A DNA stretch of 64,000 nucleotides, taken from NCBI GenBank assembly GCA_029262035.1, contig JAJDAE010000193.1, positions 6,115-70,114 of the forward strand, given 5' to 3'. The translations under genes were made by a program, and so were the position numbers. The notes under the pieces were generated by a model. The model was not told the origin of the DNA, ran no database searches, and was given only the letters and a program-made list of their open reading frames with translations. The DNA is from Candidatus Zhuqueibacterota bacterium. GTDB taxonomy: Bacteria; Zhuqueibacterota; Zhuqueibacteria; Oceanimicrobiales; Oceanimicrobiaceae. This document shows, piece by piece, positions 21,001 to 33,743 of the stretch; within the stretch, counting starts at the first letter, position 1; every line of letters starts with the position of its first letter.

Positions 21001-22277
21001 ACGGTGCACAGATTATGGTTCCGGAAAATGAGAAAGTTGCTAAAGGTACAATTGTTTTTCAATGGGACCCTTACACAGCCAGTATCCTCTCAAATCACAG
21101 TGGAAAAATTAAATATATCGATCTCATTGAAAAAATAACATTTAGCGAAGCAGTTGATGAAACAACTGGCTTGAAGCAAAGAGTTATAATCGAGACACGA
21201 AATAGAAGTTTGAGCCCTCAAATCCATATTGTTGATGCTGAAGGGGAAAAACTGAGCAGTTATATTGTTCCTACGCGTGCCTATTTACAAGTAAAAGATG
21301 GTCAAAAAGTAACTGCTGGAGATATATTAGTTAAAATACCTCGAGAAGTTGCTAAGACTCGCGATATCACAGGTGGTTTGCCTCGTGTTGCAGAGTTGTT
21401 TGAAGCAAGGAAGCCAAAGGAACCGGCAGTTGTTTCTGAAATTGACGGGAATGTAAAGTTTGGTGAAATTCGAAGAGGCACAAGAAAAGTTGTTATTACC
21501 TCTCAAGATGCCCAGGAAGAGAAAAATTATTCAATTCCTTATGGTAAGCATGTTCTCGTGCATGACGGTGATTATGTGCAAGCCGGGGAAAAATTATGTG
21601 AGGGAAGTATTGCTCCGGAAGATATTCTTAATATTATGGGGCCAAACAAGGTTCAAGAATATCTGGTTAATGAAATTCAAGAAGTTTATCGTCTTCAGGG
21701 AGTTCGAATAAACGATAAACATATTGAAGTTATTGTGCGTCAGATGCTGCAAAAAGTAAAGGTTGAAGACCCTGGTGATACAATATATCTCGAAGATGAT
21801 AAAGTTGATAAAATATCCTTCCTTGCTGAAAATGAAAAAATACAAGACAAGGTTGCCATTGAAGAAAGTGGAGATTCAAAGTACCAGGTAAATGAATTGG
21901 TAGATAAAGATGAGGTTAAGCGGGAAAATGAAAAGTTACAAGAGGCTGGAAAAGAATCTATTGTAACAAGAGCATGTCAACCCGCGACATTTTTACCTTT
22001 GCTGTTAGGCATAACAAAAGCATCGTTAACAACCGAAAGCTTTATTTCTGCAGCTTCATTTCAGGAAACTACAAGGGTCCTAACAGATGCTTCTATAGAA
22101 GGCAAAGTGGATAATCTATTGGGATTAAAGGAAAATGTAATTATGGGTAACCTTATCCCAGCTGGCACAGGATTGAATAAGTATAAAGATCTAAAAGTAT
22201 ATTCTGACTCCGAAGAAGACGGTGACGAGACAGAGGGAAGTAGTGAAATCGAAGATCAATATAAGACTGCAGTTTAA
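18033..22277 (+). CDS. rpoC: DNA-directed RNA polymerase subunit beta'
   Basis: 1414 aa; zinc motif [23 protein letters not shown], catalytic [12 protein letters not shown]; TTG start 6 nt after GGGAGG. Confidence 0.98.
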   Translation: MSYFSRQESSVKKSFSKISISLSSSDKILERSYGEVTKPETINYRSFKPEKDGLFCEKIFGPVRDWECHCGKYKRIRYKGIICDRCGVEVTTKSVRRERMGHISLAVPVVHIWFWKSLPSKIGYIFGMSAKELERVIYYESYIVIEPGNTGLEQKDLITEEEYFQIMANGDEPSVDEETGEEVPKFLAKIGGEAIIDLLKRTDIHAVSVDLRRKVKEEKSVQRKTDALKRLRVVESFKKSSNRPEWMVLSVIPVIPPELRPLVPLEGGRFATSDLNDLYRRVIIRNNRLKKLMEIKAPEVILRNEKRMLQEAVDALFDNGRKSAAVRGDGNRPLKSLSDMLRGKQGRFRQNLLGKRIDYSGRSVIVVGPELKLHQCGLPKDMALELFKPFVIRKLVERGLVKTVKSAKKLVDRRGAEVWDILEEIIDGHPVLLNRAPTLHRLGIQAFQPILIEGKAIQVHPLVCAAFNADFDGDQMAVHVPLSYYAQAETRLLMLASHNILSPASGRPLAIPSQDIVLGIYYMTKAKSGELGEGTIFSSTDEALIAYNDNKAALHAKVTVRINGKRIETTIGRVVLNEVLPDQIDFINELLTKRRLEDIIADVYKALGNQKTAYFLDNLKELGFNYAMRSGATVGIEDVRIPKEKATLIATATKNVATIQNQYENGVITDGERYNKIIDIWTHTTSDVAEKLFSHLQNENEGFNPIYMMADSGARGSKEQIRQLAGMRGLMAKPQKKMTGQMGEIIENPITANFREGLSVLEYFISTHGARKGLADTALKTADAGYLTRRLVDVAQDIIINEYDCNTILGIRISDLKEGEEIIEPLRDRILGRVAAEDVFDLESQDVIVEANTLIDEEMADKISNSGIESVRIRSVLTCESKRGTCVLCYGRNLATGNPVENGEAVGVMAAQSIGEPGTQLTLRTFHIGGTASRIAAQSQAEAKQGGTVRFTNIKTVTQADGSVITVGRNGKLEVIDDNNRMVAHYIVPYGAQIMVPENEKVAKGTIVFQWDPYTASILSNHSGKIKYIDLIEKITFSEAVDETTGLKQRVIIETRNRSLSPQIHIVDAEGEKLSSYIVPTRAYLQVKDGQKVTAGDILVKIPREVAKTRDITGGLPRVAELFEARKPKEPAVVSEIDGNVKFGEIRRGTRKVVITSQDAQEEKNYSIPYGKHVLVHDGDYVQAGEKLCEGSIAPEDILNIMGPNKVQEYLVNEIQEVYRLQGVRINDKHIEVIVRQMLQKVKVEDPGDTIYLEDDKVDKISFLAENEKIQDKVAIEESGDSKYQVNELVDKDEVKRENEKLQEAGKESIVTRACQPATFLPLLLGITKASLTTESFISAASFQETTRVLTDASIEGKVDNLLGLKENVIMGNLIPAGTGLNKYKDLKVYSDSEEDGDETEGSSEIEDQYKTAV

Positions 22278-22286
22278 GAAAAAAAA

Positions 22287-22326
22287 GTAATAAAAAATGA
22301 GAGAAATTTGTTGATTTTTTTATTAC
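22287..22326 (+). terminator. AT-only hairpin after rpoC (weak terminator candidate)
   Basis: GTAATAAAAAA (22287-22297) pairs with TTTTTTATTAC (22316-22326) of the T-rich arm 22315-22326; all A/T stem, so low stability. Confidence 0.3.
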
Positions 22327-22339
22327 AGTTATTTATATT
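22311..22339 (+). promoter_or_regulatory. Sigma70-like promoter candidate for the str operon
   Basis: TTGATT (22311-22316), 17-nt spacer, TATATT (22334-22339), 28 nt upstream of the rpsL start. Confidence 0.5.
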
Positions 22340-22366
22340 GTGATTCTGTAATTTAAGGATAGAGTA

Positions 22367-22741
22367 TTGCCAACTATAAATCAATTAGTTCGTTCTGGGA
22401 GAAAAAGAGTACTGAAGAAAGGTACTTCTCCCGCTTTAACAGGTTCTCCTCAACGCCGTGGCGTTTGTACGAGGGTTTATACAACGACACCTAAAAAGCC
22501 GAATTCTGCATTGCGGAAGGTTGCGAGGGTTCGATTGACAAATGGTTTTGAAGTAACTGCATACATACCTGGTGAAGGTCATAATTTGCAGGAACATTCA
22601 ATTGTTTTGATTCGAGGTGGACGTGTCAAGGATTTACCTGGAGTGCGCTATCATATTGTTCGTGGAGTTTATGATACGAGCGGTGTTCAAGATAGGAATC
22701 AAAGTCGCTCTAAGTATGGAACGAAAAGAAAAGGTGCGTAA
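22367..22741 (+). CDS. rpsL: 30S ribosomal protein S12
   Basis: (M)[12 protein letters not shown]...[17 protein letters not shown]... conserved uS12; TTG start is the only option consistent with the conserved N-terminus. Confidence 0.98.
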   Translation: MPTINQLVRSGRKRVLKKGTSPALTGSPQRRGVCTRVYTTTPKKPNSALRKVARVRLTNGFEVTAYIPGEGHNLQEHSIVLIRGGRVKDLPGVRYHIVRGVYDTSGVQDRNQSRSKYGTKRKGA

Positions 22742-22751
22742 GTAGGTTATT

Positions 22752-23222
22752 ATGTCGAGAAGAAAAGCTGCTGAAAAGCGAGTAGTACTACCAGATCCGA
22801 AATATAAAAGTTTGTTGGTTGCGAAGTTCATTAATAGTCTGATGGAACGCGGTAAGAAGAGTATCGCTGAAAAAGTTTTTTATGATTCGCTGGCTATTAT
22901 TGAAGAGAAGATAAAGAAGGACGGGGTAGAAGTATTTGAAAAGGCTGTTGAAAATGTGAAGCCTATCTTGGAAGTTCGTTCAAGGCGTGTTGGGGGAGCT
23001 ACTTATCAAGTGCCCGTTGAGGTTAGGCCTAATAGAAAGCAAGCGTTGGCTTTAAGGTGGTTGATTGGCTATTCTAAGGCAAGGCCAGGGAAGTCTATGG
23101 CAGAGAAATTGGCTGCTGAGTTGATGGCGGCCGCAAATAAAGAAGGTGGTTCGATTAAGAAGCGCGAAGACACTCATAAGATGGCTGAAGCTAACAAAGC
23201 TTTTGCTCATTTTAGGTGGTAG
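22752..23222 (+). CDS. rpsG: 30S ribosomal protein S7
   Basis: [20 protein letters not shown]...[21 protein letters not shown]... conserved uS7. Confidence 0.98.
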   Translation: MSRRKAAEKRVVLPDPKYKSLLVAKFINSLMERGKKSIAEKVFYDSLAIIEEKIKKDGVEVFEKAVENVKPILEVRSRRVGGATYQVPVEVRPNRKQALALRWLIGYSKARPGKSMAEKLAAELMAAANKEGGSIKKREDTHKMAEANKAFAHFRW

Positions 23223-23268
23223 TTTAGTTAGTTTCTGTCCGTAACTCTTTCAATACAATTTTTATAGA

Positions 23269-23296
23269 GGAAGTTTCGTTGAACTTCCCTTTTTTA
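23269..23296 (+). terminator. Intrinsic-terminator-like hairpin between rpsG and fusA (possible attenuator)
   Basis: GGAAGTT (23269-23275), 6-nt loop, AACTTCC (23282-23288), then C + TTTTTT (23290-23295). Confidence 0.5.
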
Positions 23297-23375
23297 TGTA
23301 ACGAAGTTGGGTGCCCCTGTTTTAGGCGCTACTAATAGTGAGTCTGCGAGGGGTTAGTAATTTTTTGGAGTTTGT

Positions 23376-25457
23376 ATGTCGAAGAAGTTTGCAATAGAGA
23401 AAATTAGAAATATAGGCATTATGGCGCATATCGATGCGGGTAAAACTACGACAACTGAGCGTATTTTGTTTTACACCGGTATTATTCATCGAATGGGCGA
23501 GGTTCATGATGGCGCTGCTACCATGGATTGGATGGAGCAGGAAAGAGAGAGGGGTATCACAATTACTTCGGCTGCAATTACTTGCATTTGGAGAGATTGT
23601 AGGATAAATATAATTGATACTCCCGGTCACGTTGATTTTACTGTTGAGGTCGAAAGATCTCTGAGAGTTTTGGATGGCGCTGTTGCGTTGTTTTGTGCTG
23701 TTGGTGGTGTTGAGCCTCAGTCGGAAACAGTATGGCGTCAGGCTGATAAATATAAAGTGCCTCGTATTGCTTTTGTTAACAAAATGGATCGTATCGGGGC
23801 AAATTTTTATGGCGCTGTTGGGATGATAAAGGAGCGTCTTGGGGCCAATGTGGTGCCTGTTCAGATTCCTATTGGCGAGGGAGACATGTTTACCGGGTTG
23901 ATTGACTTGGTGAAAATGAAAGCCGTAATGTATGATAAGGATAACTTAGGTTCTACATGGGAAGAAATTGATATTCCTCATGACTTGGAAGAGAAAGCTA
24001 CTGAATATAGGACTCATTTGTTGGAGTCAATTTCCGAGTTTGATGACACTTTGCTTGAAAAGTATCTCGATGGTGTTGAGATAAACGAAGAAGAAATTAT
24101 TGATGCTATTAGGCAGGCTACAGTCAGCGTTAAGATAACTCCGGTTATGTTGGGTTCTGCATTTAAGAATAAAGGGGTTCAGAGGTTGTTGGATGCTGTG
24201 ATTAATTTCTTGCCATCTCCGTCCGAGATGCCTGAGATTGTTGGAATGCATCCAAGGAATGAGGATGAGATTGTTCGTAAGCCTGATCCGAAAGAACCTT
24301 TTTCTGCCTTGGCTTTTAAGATTATTACAGACCCTTATGTTGGAAAGTTGACTTATTTTCGTGTGTACTCTGGCAGAGTTGAGGCCGGCTCTTATATATA
24401 TAATTCTAATTCGAACAAAAGGGAGCGTTTAGGTCGTATCCTCCAAATGAGCGCGAATAAGCGCGAAGATATTGACTCGGTACAGGCTGGTGATATTGTG
24501 GCTGCGGTAGGATTGAAGCATACGAAAACTGGGCATACCTTATGTGCTGAAGATAAGCAGGTTATTTTGGAGTCAATGCATTTCCCTGAACCAGTTATTG
24601 CTGTTTCCATTGAGCCCAAAACTAAGAGCGATCAGGATAAGCTTGGGTTGTCTTTGGCAAAGCTTGCTGAAGAAGATCCTACTTTTAAAATTAAGTCAGA
24701 TGAGGAAACCGGGCAGACAATTATTTACGGAATGGGCGAGTTGCATCTAGAGATTTTGGTTGATCGTCTTCTGCGTGAGTTTAAAGTTGGTGCTAATGTT
24801 GGACGCCCACAAGTTGCATATAAGGAGGCAATTACTAAAGCCGTGACCGCCGAAGGAAAGTTTGTGCGTCAAAGTGGTGGTCGTGGACAGTATGGGCACT
24901 GTGTTGTTGAGGTTGAGCCTGGTGAAGCTGGAAAAGGATTTGTATTCGAGAATAAAATTGTTGGTGGTTCGATACCTCGGGAGTATATCAATCCTGTAGC
25001 AGATGGCGCACGTGAGGCTGCCAGGAATGGTATTCTGGCTGGGTACCCTTTGATTGATATAAAGGTGCGCTTGATCGATGGTTCTTTTCACGATGTTGAT
25101 TCGAACGAAATGGCTTTTAAGGTCTCTGGGTCTATGGCGTTAAAGAATGCTGCGAAGATAGCTTCTCCTGTTCTGATGGAGCCTGTTATGGATGTTGAGG
25201 TTATTGTCCCGGAAGAATATCTTGGGGATGTAATGGGTGACTTGAATAGTCGACGGGGTAAAATTCAAGGTATTGAGCCAAGGAAAGATGCTCAGGTTGT
25301 TAATGCCTCAGCACCGTTGAGTGAAATGTTTGGATATGCAACTTCTCTGAGATCTATTACCCAGGGTAGAGCTATTTTCACGATGCAATTCAAGGATTAC
25401 GAGATTGCGCCAAAGTCTGTGGCAGAGAAAATTTTAGAAAAAGTAAATGCTGTATAA
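23376..25457 (+). CDS. fusA: Elongation factor G
   Basis: [26 protein letters not shown] (G1), DTPGHVDF (G3), NKMD (G4); 693 aa. Confidence 0.98.
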   Translation: MSKKFAIEKIRNIGIMAHIDAGKTTTTERILFYTGIIHRMGEVHDGAATMDWMEQERERGITITSAAITCIWRDCRINIIDTPGHVDFTVEVERSLRVLDGAVALFCAVGGVEPQSETVWRQADKYKVPRIAFVNKMDRIGANFYGAVGMIKERLGANVVPVQIPIGEGDMFTGLIDLVKMKAVMYDKDNLGSTWEEIDIPHDLEEKATEYRTHLLESISEFDDTLLEKYLDGVEINEEEIIDAIRQATVSVKITPVMLGSAFKNKGVQRLLDAVINFLPSPSEMPEIVGMHPRNEDEIVRKPDPKEPFSALAFKIITDPYVGKLTYFRVYSGRVEAGSYIYNSNSNKRERLGRILQMSANKREDIDSVQAGDIVAAVGLKHTKTGHTLCAEDKQVILESMHFPEPVIAVSIEPKTKSDQDKLGLSLAKLAEEDPTFKIKSDEETGQTIIYGMGELHLEILVDRLLREFKVGANVGRPQVAYKEAITKAVTAEGKFVRQSGGRGQYGHCVVEVEPGEAGKGFVFENKIVGGSIPREYINPVADGAREAARNGILAGYPLIDIKVRLIDGSFHDVDSNEMAFKVSGSMALKNAAKIASPVLMEPVMDVEVIVPEEYLGDVMGDLNSRRGKIQGIEPRKDAQVVNASAPLSEMFGYATSLRSITQGRAIFTMQFKDYEIAPKSVAEKILEKVNAV

Positions 25458-25525
25458 ATAACTAATTTAAATATATTTTTAAGAAAATTGAACATCTAAA
25501 AAATTTTTAATTTTGGAGGCAAATC

Positions 25526-26716
<1,191 letters not shown>

Positions 26717-26791
26717 TAATTTAATTTTGTTGTTCGGATTTATCATTGGTTTCAAGTTTACTGTATACTGAATAAACGGAGTTTAAGATAA

Positions 26792-27100
26792 GTGGTTGGT
26801 CAAAATATTAGAATTAAGTTGAAGGCTTATGATCACAGGTTGATCGATAAATCTACCGACAAGATAATTCGTACCGCTAAAGCAACGGGTGCAGCCATTT
26901 CCGGCCCCATTCCATTGCCTACTAAGCGTTCTGTTTATACGGTTTTACGTTCGCCTCATGTTGATAAAAAGTCTCGTGAGCAGTTTGAAACTAGAATTCA
27001 TAAGAGGTTAATCGACATTCTTAATTCAACACCCAAAACGGTTGATGCTTTGATGAAGCTTGAATTACCTGCCGGTGTTGATGTTGAGATTAAAGTTTGA
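26792..27100 (+). CDS. rpsJ: 30S ribosomal protein S10
   Basis: ...[16 protein letters not shown]...[29 protein letters not shown]...; GTG start. Confidence 0.97.
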   Translation: MVGQNIRIKLKAYDHRLIDKSTDKIIRTAKATGAAISGPIPLPTKRSVYTVLRSPHVDKKSREQFETRIHKRLIDILNSTPKTVDALMKLELPAGVDVEIKV

Positions 27101-27130
27101 TTATTCCTTTTTAATATTAGAGATTTTGTG

Positions 27131-27751
27131 ATGGCTGGAATTATTGGAAAAAAAATAGGGATGACCCGTGTTTTTAATGAGGCGGGTAAGTCAATACCTG
27201 TAACGGTTATTGAGGCAGGCCCTTGTTTTATTACTCAAATTAAGTCTAAGAAAGTTGATGGCTACGAAGCAATTCAACTTGGGTTTGATGAGAAGAAGGA
27301 AAAGAATACTACTAAGCCATTGGCTAAACATTTTTCTAAAGCTGGTGTAAAGCCGCTTCGTATTCTCCGTGAATTTCGGAATTTTCAGGAGCAGGAGAAG
27401 TTGAGCTTGGGTGGTGAAATTACCGTTGATACTTTTGCTGAGGGTGAGGGTGTGGTCGTCTCGGGTATATCAAAGGGTAAAGGGTTTCAGGGCGTTATGA
27501 AGCGTCATGGTTTTGGTGGAGGTCAGCAAACTCATGGTCAAAGTGATAGACTTAGAGCGCCGGGTTCTATTGGGCAATCGTCTTACCCCTCTCGTGTTTT
27601 TAAAGGAATGAAGATGCCTGGTAGAATGGGGGGAGATAAAATTACCCTCAAGAAAAGACGCGTCATAAAAGTAATCCCGGAAAAGAATCTGATTTTAATT
27701 GAAGGTGCGATTCCTGGTAGCGTTTCAAGTATTGTAACTATTAAGAGATAA
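27131..27751 (+). CDS. rplC: 50S ribosomal protein L3
   Basis: [15 protein letters not shown]...[16 protein letters not shown]... conserved uL3; ATG 27131 (in-frame GTG 27128 also possible). Confidence 0.97.
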   Translation: MAGIIGKKIGMTRVFNEAGKSIPVTVIEAGPCFITQIKSKKVDGYEAIQLGFDEKKEKNTTKPLAKHFSKAGVKPLRILREFRNFQEQEKLSLGGEITVDTFAEGEGVVVSGISKGKGFQGVMKRHGFGGGQQTHGQSDRLRAPGSIGQSSYPSRVFKGMKMPGRMGGDKITLKKRRVIKVIPEKNLILIEGAIPGSVSSIVTIKR

Positions 27752-27757
27752 GTAGCA

Positions 27758-28387
27758 ATGGATTTAGATATTTATAAAATTGATGGTGCTGCGACAGGCA
27801 GTAAGGCTAAATTACCTAAGCATGTGTTTGGTATTGAGCCAAATGAAAATGCGGTTTATCTTGCGGTGAAGCTGTACAATGCAAATCAGCGGCAAGGGAA
27901 CGCTGCAACAAAAACCAGAAGCAATGTTCGTGGTGGTGGTAGGAAACCTTGGAAGCAAAAAGGTCGTGGAGCTGCTCGTGCTGGTTCCACCCGTTCACCT
28001 GTATGGGTTGGTGGTGGTCGCGTATTTGGTCCTGTCCCTCGGGATTATAATATGAAATTATCCAAAAAAATGAAAACTCTTGCAAAGCTTTCAGTTTATT
28101 CTGACAGAGCCAAAAGTAAGCAAATTAAATTGGTCGAAGACTTTAAATTAACATCACCTAAAACTAAGGAATTATATACAATTCTAAAGTCCCTTGGTGT
28201 AGAAGGCCAAAAGAATTTATTACTAATCTCTGATAGAGACTCTGATATGGTGCTTGCAGGAAGAAATATTCCGAAACTTAGCATTAAAGTCGCTAGCACT
28301 GAATCTACATATGATTTGTTGAAATGTGATAATCTTTTGATTCAAAAAGGTGCTGTTGACAAGTTATCTGGAGTCTTTAAGAAATGA
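27758..28387 (+). CDS. rplD: 50S ribosomal protein L4
   Basis: ...RQGNAATKTRSNVRGGGRKPWKQKGRGAARAGSTRSPVWVGGG... conserved uL4. Confidence 0.97.
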   Translation: MDLDIYKIDGAATGSKAKLPKHVFGIEPNENAVYLAVKLYNANQRQGNAATKTRSNVRGGGRKPWKQKGRGAARAGSTRSPVWVGGGRVFGPVPRDYNMKLSKKMKTLAKLSVYSDRAKSKQIKLVEDFKLTSPKTKELYTILKSLGVEGQKNLLLISDRDSDMVLAGRNIPKLSIKVASTESTYDLLKCDNLLIQKGAVDKLSGVFKK

Positions 28388-28692
28388 AGCCATTAGAATC
28401 AGTTTTGTTGCGCCCTGTTTTAACTGAAAAAATGCTTGGGCTGCAGGAAGAAAGTTTGAAGTACGGGTTTGAGGTTGCAAAAACTTCTAATAAAATAGAA
28501 ATAAAAAAAGCCGTAGAGGTCAAGTTCAGCGTGGTCGTGAAAAGTGTAAAAACACTTAATGTTAAAGGTAAGACCAAGAGAATGAACAGTCGTCAAGGTT
28601 TAACTCAGGGTAAGCGTGCCGATTGGAAAAAGGCTGTGGTTACGTTGGCTGAGGGCTATTCAATAGATTTATTCGGTGAAAATCAAGGCTAG
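28384..28692 (+). CDS. rplW: 50S ribosomal protein L23
   Basis: ...LLRPVLTEKMLGL...; ATGA overlap with rplD; order rplD-rplW-rplB. Confidence 0.95.
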   Translation: MKPLESVLLRPVLTEKMLGLQEESLKYGFEVAKTSNKIEIKKAVEVKFSVVVKSVKTLNVKGKTKRMNSRQGLTQGKRADWKKAVVTLAEGYSIDLFGENQG

Positions 28693-28700
28693 TATAAATT

Positions 28701-29528
28701 ATGGGTATTAAAAAATTTAGACCAACAACCCCAAGCTTAAGAAACACTGCGGGGATGACTTTTGAAGCGGTTACGAAAGTCGGTCCGGAGAAGTCTTTGC
28801 TTAGACCATTGAAAAAATCTGGTGGGCGAAATAATGATGGTCACGTTACACTTCGATTTCGGGGTGGTGGGCACAAGAGACAATATCGCCTTATTGATTT
28901 TAAAAGAAATAAAGATGGTATTCCAGCAAGGGTCGCCTCAATCGAGTACGACCCCAACAGAACCTCGAATATAGCTTTGTTGAATTATGTGGATGGTGAG
29001 AAACGTTATATCATTGCCCCGCTTGGATTGAAAGTAGGCGATCAGCTTAATTCAGGTCCTGACGCAGAAATAAGAATTGGAAACACTTTGCCTTTAAAAG
29101 GTATACCGCTGGGTACAAATATTCATAATATCGAATTGGTTGTAGATAAAGGCGCACAAGTTGCTCGTAGTGCCGGCTCCTATGCTCAGTTAGTTGCTAA
29201 AGACGGTGGTTTTGCCCAATTAAAAATGCCTTCTGGTGAAGTTCGGATTGTGAGGGAAGATTGCAAGGCAACTATTGGTCAGGTTGGAAATGGCGAACAT
29301 GAAAATGTGTCTATAGGTAAAGCCGGCAGAAAACGCTGGTTAGGTCGTAGACCGCATGTTCGGGGTGTTGTAATGAATCCTGTTGATCACCCGATGGGTG
29401 GTGGTGAGGGTAAAACTTCAGGTGGTAGGCATCCATGTTCTCCTTGGGGCAAGCCAGCTAAAGGCGGTAAAACTCGTCGTAAAAAGAAGTCTGATGATTA
29501 CATTGTATCAAAAAGAAAGAAAAAGTAG
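28701..29528 (+). CDS. rplB: 50S ribosomal protein L2
   Basis: [14 protein letters not shown]...[22 protein letters not shown]...[14 protein letters not shown]... conserved uL2. Confidence 0.98.
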   Translation: MGIKKFRPTTPSLRNTAGMTFEAVTKVGPEKSLLRPLKKSGGRNNDGHVTLRFRGGGHKRQYRLIDFKRNKDGIPARVASIEYDPNRTSNIALLNYVDGEKRYIIAPLGLKVGDQLNSGPDAEIRIGNTLPLKGIPLGTNIHNIELVVDKGAQVARSAGSYAQLVAKDGGFAQLKMPSGEVRIVREDCKATIGQVGNGEHENVSIGKAGRKRWLGRRPHVRGVVMNPVDHPMGGGEGKTSGGRHPCSPWGKPAKGGKTRRKKKSDDYIVSKRKKK

Positions 29529-29538
29529 AGGATAATCT

Positions 29539-29820
29539 ATGCCGAGGTCTGTAAAAAAAGGTCCGTACATTGACGAAAAGCTTTTGTCACGGATTCAAGA
29601 GATGAATAATTCAAATCAGAAGAAGGTTTTGAAGACGTGGGCAAGACGGTCCACAATCACTCCTGATTTTGTAGGACATACTCTTGCTATTCATAACGGC
29701 AATAAGTTTATACCTGTTTTTATTTCTGAAAACATGGTTGGCCATAAACTCGGTGAGTTTTCTCCGACACGGACTTTTCGGGGACACAGAGCTACTGAAA
29801 AGTCCTCCAAGGTACGTTAA
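29539..29820 (+). CDS. rpsS: 30S ribosomal protein S19
   Basis: [16 protein letters not shown]...[32 protein letters not shown]... conserved uS19. Confidence 0.98.
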   Translation: MPRSVKKGPYIDEKLLSRIQEMNNSNQKKVLKTWARRSTITPDFVGHTLAIHNGNKFIPVFISENMVGHKLGEFSPTRTFRGHRATEKSSKVR

Positions 29821-29836
29821 ATTTAGGATATTTGGT

Positions 29837-30187
29837 ATGGAAGCAAAAGCGGTTGCAAAATATGTTCGAATGTCCCCTAGAAAAGCCAGAAGAGTTATTG
29901 ATATGGTGCGGGGAATACAAGTTGATAAGGCATTGAATATTCTTCATTTTACACATAAAGCTGCATGTGTTCCGATTGAGAAAACACTTCGGTCGGCAGT
30001 TGCAAATATGTTAAATAATGAAAGTGCCTCTAAGGTTGAGCCTGATCATCTTTTTGTGAAAGAGGCGTATGTGGATATGGGATTTGGTTTTAAGCGATTT
30101 CGTGCTGCCTCGATGGGGAGGGCAATGAAAATTAAAAGACCATCGTGCCACATTACAATAGTTGTTTCAACTCAAGATAATCAATAA
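29837..30187 (+). CDS. rplV: 50S ribosomal protein L22
   Basis: MEAKAVAKYVRMSPRKARRVIDMVRG... conserved uL22. The ORF-track start 29684 runs out of frame through rpsS and is rejected. Confidence 0.96.
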   Translation: MEAKAVAKYVRMSPRKARRVIDMVRGIQVDKALNILHFTHKAACVPIEKTLRSAVANMLNNESASKVEPDHLFVKEAYVDMGFGFKRFRAASMGRAMKIKRPSCHITIVVSTQDNQ

Positions 30188-30203
30188 TTGAATCGGAGGT
30201 ATT

Positions 30204-30833
30204 TTGGGACAAAAAACACATCCAATAGGACTCAGATTAGGTATAATTAAGAACTGGGATTCTAATTGGTACGATGAACGGGGTTTTGCTGCAAAACTTA
30301 ATGAAGATTTGATGTTGAGAAAATATATCAATCGTAGATTGCAAAATGCTGCTGTTTCTTCCGTTCAGATTGATCGGACACCACAAAAAATAACCTTAAC
30401 GATAAATACTGCAAGACCTGGGATTGTGATTGGCCGTAAGGGATCTGAAGTTGATAAATTGAAGGAAGAAATTCAGCGCCTCTCCGACAAAGATGTTCAG
30501 CTAAATATTAATGAAGTTAAGAAACCAGAGCTTGATGCTAATTTAGTTGCCGAAAATATTGCAAATCAATTGATTGCTAAAATTCCATTTCGACGTGCAA
30601 TGAAAAAAGCAGTTATGAGCACCATGAGAATGGGAGCTGAGGGGGTTAAAATTACTTGCTCAGGAAGACTTGGGGGTGCTGAAATGGCTCGTAGAGAAAA
30701 CTATAAAGATGGACGAATTCCTCTGCATACCTTGCGAGCAGATATTGATTATGCTCGAGTAACTGCTCAAACTCCTTATGGCGCGATTGGTGTAAAAGTG
30801 TGGATTTGTAAAGGCGAAGTAATTGGGGCTTAA
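30204..30833 (+). CDS. rpsC: 30S ribosomal protein S3
   Basis: (M)[22 protein letters not shown]... conserved uS3 N-terminus, KH domain; TTG start 4 nt after GGAGG. Confidence 0.98.
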   Translation: MGQKTHPIGLRLGIIKNWDSNWYDERGFAAKLNEDLMLRKYINRRLQNAAVSSVQIDRTPQKITLTINTARPGIVIGRKGSEVDKLKEEIQRLSDKDVQLNINEVKKPELDANLVAENIANQLIAKIPFRRAMKKAVMSTMRMGAEGVKITCSGRLGGAEMARRENYKDGRIPLHTLRADIDYARVTAQTPYGAIGVKVWICKGEVIGA

Positions 30834-30845
30834 GGAGAATTTACT

Positions 30846-31265
30846 ATGTTAATGCCAAAAAGAATTAAGTATAGAAAACAACAGCGCGGGCGCATGCGCG
30901 GTAAAGCAAATCGTGGTTCAACAGTTGCTTTTGGGGAATTTGGCTTGAAGGCGTTGGCACCTTGTTGGGTTACATCCAGGCAGATAGAGGCGGCTCGTAT
31001 TGCGATGACCAGATATATCAAAAGAGGTGGTAAAGTCTGGATTAGAGTTTTCCCGCATAAGCCAGTAACACAAAAACCGGCTGAAACCAGAATGGGTAAG
31101 GGAAAAGGTTCTCCAGAGTTTTGGGTTGCGGTTGTTAAGCCAGGACGCATAATGTTTGAGTTGGCTGGTGTTCCGGAGGATGTGGCAAAAGAAGCTATGA
31201 GATTGGCATCACATAAATTGCCACTTAAAACTAAATTTGTAACTCAAAGTGAGTTTGGTGGTTAG
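30846..31265 (+). CDS. rplP: 50S ribosomal protein L16
   Basis: [21 protein letters not shown]...[23 protein letters not shown]... conserved uL16. Confidence 0.98.
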   Translation: MLMPKRIKYRKQQRGRMRGKANRGSTVAFGEFGLKALAPCWVTSRQIEAARIAMTRYIKRGGKVWIRVFPHKPVTQKPAETRMGKGKGSPEFWVAVVKPGRIMFELAGVPEDVAKEAMRLASHKLPLKTKFVTQSEFGG

Positions 31266-31267
31266 AA

Positions 31268-31492
31268 ATGAAGATACAAGAAATTAAAGAGCTATCAGTA
31301 GATGAGTTGGAGCTTAAGCTTGCGGATAAAGTCGAAGAGTTATATAATCTGAGATTTCAGCATGCTATGCACCAGCTGGATAACCCATTATTGCTACGTG
31401 GTGTAAGAAAAGATATTGCTCGCATAAAAACAATTTTAAAGTCGCAGACATTAAAAGTTGATGACTCTAAAGTTGAAGTAGAAAAACAATAA
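31268..31492 (+). CDS. rpmC: 50S ribosomal protein L29
   Basis: MKIQEIKELSVDELELKLADKVEELYNLRFQHA... conserved uL29; order rplP-rpmC-rpsQ. Confidence 0.95.
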   Translation: MKIQEIKELSVDELELKLADKVEELYNLRFQHAMHQLDNPLLLRGVRKDIARIKTILKSQTLKVDDSKVEVEKQ

Positions 31493-31507
31493 CATATTGG
31501 GATTAAT

Positions 31508-31765
31508 ATGGAAGAACGTGGAAGAAGAAAAACAAAGATGGGCTTAGTCCTTTCTGATAAGATGGATAAAAGTATTATCGTTTCTGTTGAGAGACTGGAA
31601 AAGCATCCCCTTTATGGAAAGTTTTTCAAGAAAACATCAAAGTTTGTGGCTCATGATGAAAAGAATGAATGTCATACCGGCGATAAAGTTAAAATAATGG
31701 AAACTCGTCCCTTGAGTAAATTGAAGAGGTGGCGTATGATTGAAATTCTTGAAAAAGCTAAATAA
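31508..31765 (+). CDS. rpsQ: 30S ribosomal protein S17
   Basis: ...[44 protein letters not shown]... conserved uS17. Confidence 0.96.
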   Translation: MEERGRRKTKMGLVLSDKMDKSIIVSVERLEKHPLYGKFFKKTSKFVAHDEKNECHTGDKVKIMETRPLSKLKRWRMIEILEKAK

Positions 31766-31782
31766 GCGGAGCGGGAGAGAAG

Positions 31783-32151
31783 ATGATTCAGCAATATACC
31801 AGGCTCAATGTTGCCGATAACACTGGTGCAAAAAAAGTGATGTGTATTTTAGTTCCTGGGGGAACCAGAAGGAAGTATGCATATGTTGGTGATAAAATAG
31901 TGGTCTCAGTTAAGTCTGCTATACCTGGAAGCGACGTAAAAAAAGGTGAGGTTAGCAGGGCTGTAGTGGTTCGTACGAAAAAAGAAGTGCGGAGAAAAGA
32001 TGGCTCATATATTCGTTTTGATGAAAATGCAGCTGTTTTAATTAACGACCAGGATGAACCTAAGGGTACGCGTATTTTTGGACCGGTAGCACGTGAGTTA
32101 AGAGATAAACAATACATGAAGATTGTTTCTCTTGCTCCTGAGGTTCTATAA
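31783..32151 (+). CDS. rplN: 50S ribosomal protein L14
   Basis: [22 protein letters not shown]...[12 protein letters not shown]...[12 protein letters not shown]... conserved uL14. Confidence 0.98.
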   Translation: MIQQYTRLNVADNTGAKKVMCILVPGGTRRKYAYVGDKIVVSVKSAIPGSDVKKGEVSRAVVVRTKKEVRRKDGSYIRFDENAAVLINDQDEPKGTRIFGPVARELRDKQYMKIVSLAPEVL

Positions 32152-32165
32152 AAAGGTTTTATACT

Positions 32166-32501
32166 ATGAGAATTAAGAAAAATGATCAAATTGTGGTTTT
32201 GTCCGGCGTAGATAAGGGCAAACGAGGTAAAGTTCTAAAGGTTATACCTTCTGAAAATCGAGTGATTGTAGAAGGAATTAATTTTATTAGCAGGCATATG
32301 CGTCCATCACAATCTATGCCTCAGGGTGGAATTGTAAAAAAAGAAGCGCCAATTCATGTTTCAAATGTAATGCTCATCGACCCAAAAACAAATGAGCCTA
32401 CAAGAATTAAGTATGGATTCCTAAAAGGCGATGAAAAAAGATCTCGTCAAAAAGCACGTTTTTCAAAAAAATCCGGTGAGATGATTCCGGATCAATCATA
32501 A
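32166..32501 (+). CDS. rplX: 50S ribosomal protein L24
   Basis: [26 protein letters not shown]... KOW motif; order rplN-rplX-rplE. Confidence 0.96.
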   Translation: MRIKKNDQIVVLSGVDKGKRGKVLKVIPSENRVIVEGINFISRHMRPSQSMPQGGIVKKEAPIHVSNVMLIDPKTNEPTRIKYGFLKGDEKRSRQKARFSKKSGEMIPDQS

Positions 32502-32528
32502 TAGTACTGTCAAGAAGGTTTGAAAGAA

Positions 32529-33089
32529 ATGTCTGAACAATACACACCAAGGCTGATTAATAATTACAAGAAAACGATTGTATCTGATTTGATGAAACGG
32601 TTTGCATATAAAAATGTTATGCAAGTACCCAAGGTGGAAAAAATTGTAATTAATATGGGGGTCGGCGAATCAACCCAGGATTCTAAAGTTTTGGATAATG
32701 CCGTTTCTGATTTAGAAACCATTTCCGGACAAAAAGTGATTGTAACAAAGTCTAAAAAAGCTATTTCTAATTTTAAGCTTAGAGATGGAATTAGTATTGG
32801 TTGTAAGGTAACTCTGCGCGGTATGAAGATGTATGAATTCTTGGATAGGTTGATAAATATCGATATTCCAAGAATTAGAGATTTCCGTGGGTTAAATAAC
32901 AATTCGTTTGATGGTCGAGGGAATTATTCTTTAGGTATTAAAGAACAAATAATTTTTCCTGAAATTGATTACGATAAAGTTGACAAAATTAGGGGTATGG
33001 ATATCAGTATTGTCACTAATGCAAAGACAGATGAGGAAGCTTATGAATTGCTTGCCGCATTTGGAATGCCTTTCAAAAAGAAAAGTTAG
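32529..33089 (+). CDS. rplE: 50S ribosomal protein L5
   Basis: ...[19 protein letters not shown]...[30 protein letters not shown]... conserved uL5; ATG 32529 lies 10 nt after AAGAAGG (TTG 32520 too close to the RBS). Confidence 0.97.
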   Translation: MSEQYTPRLINNYKKTIVSDLMKRFAYKNVMQVPKVEKIVINMGVGESTQDSKVLDNAVSDLETISGQKVIVTKSKKAISNFKLRDGISIGCKVTLRGMKMYEFLDRLINIDIPRIRDFRGLNNNSFDGRGNYSLGIKEQIIFPEIDYDKVDKIRGMDISIVTNAKTDEEAYELLAAFGMPFKKKS

Positions 33090-33112
33090 AAAAACGAAAA
33101 AGGGAACTTGTT

Positions 33113-33298
33113 TTGGCTAAAAAATCATTAATTGCAAAACAAAAAAGAACTCCAAAGTTTAAGGTTCGTGCTTATAACAGGTGTTCAAGATGTGGAAGAC
33201 CGAGAGCTTACCTTAGAAAATTTGGATTGTGTAGAATTTGTTTTAGAGAACTTGCGCTGGAAGGAAAAATTCCTGGCATTACCAAGTCAAGTTGGTAA
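33113..33298 (+). CDS. rpsN: 30S ribosomal protein S14 type Z (zinc-binding)
   Basis: (M)[47 protein letters not shown]...; 61 aa, CxxC...CxxC; TTG start. Confidence 0.97.
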   Translation: MAKKSLIAKQKRTPKFKVRAYNRCSRCGRPRAYLRKFGLCRICFRELALEGKIPGITKSSW

Positions 33299-33316
33299 AA
33301 TGAGGTTTTAAGAATT

Positions 33317-33715
33317 ATGAGTATGACAGATACAATTGCAGATTATTTAACAAGAATTCGGAATGCTACCCGTGCAGGGCATAGCAAGGTTGACATTCCT
33401 TCATCGAACACTAAAAAGAGTCTGACGCGTATCCTTAGAGAGTACGGATATATCAAAGACTATTTGTTAATCGATGATAAAAAAAGTGGTATTATTAGGG
33501 TTTATTTGAAATATGATACTGACGGAGAAAGTGTTATTTCCGGATTAAAGAGAGTTAGCACTCCCGGACTTCGTAGGTATGTTAAATCTTCTGAAATACC
33601 AAGAGTTTATAATAACCTGGGAATGGCAATACTTTCAACGTCAAGAGGTGTCATTTCTGATAGAGATGCCAGGCAGCTTAATGTTGGTGGTGAACTCGTT
33701 TGTTTAGTTTGGTAA
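33317..33715 (+). CDS. rpsH: 30S ribosomal protein S8
   Basis: MSMTDTIADYLTRIRNA... conserved uS8 N-terminus; 132 aa. Confidence 0.97.
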   Translation: MSMTDTIADYLTRIRNATRAGHSKVDIPSSNTKKSLTRILREYGYIKDYLLIDDKKSGIIRVYLKYDTDGESVISGLKRVSTPGLRRYVKSSEIPRVYNNLGMAILSTSRGVISDRDARQLNVGGELVCLVW

Positions 33716-33743
33716 TTGAGTATATTAGGTAGGAGAATTCGAA

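Noticed and set aside
29684-29836. Upstream extension of the rplV ORF (track start 29684)
   Set aside because: It overlaps rpsS in another frame. The conserved uL22 N-terminus MEAKAVAKYVRMSPRKARR starts at ATG 29837.
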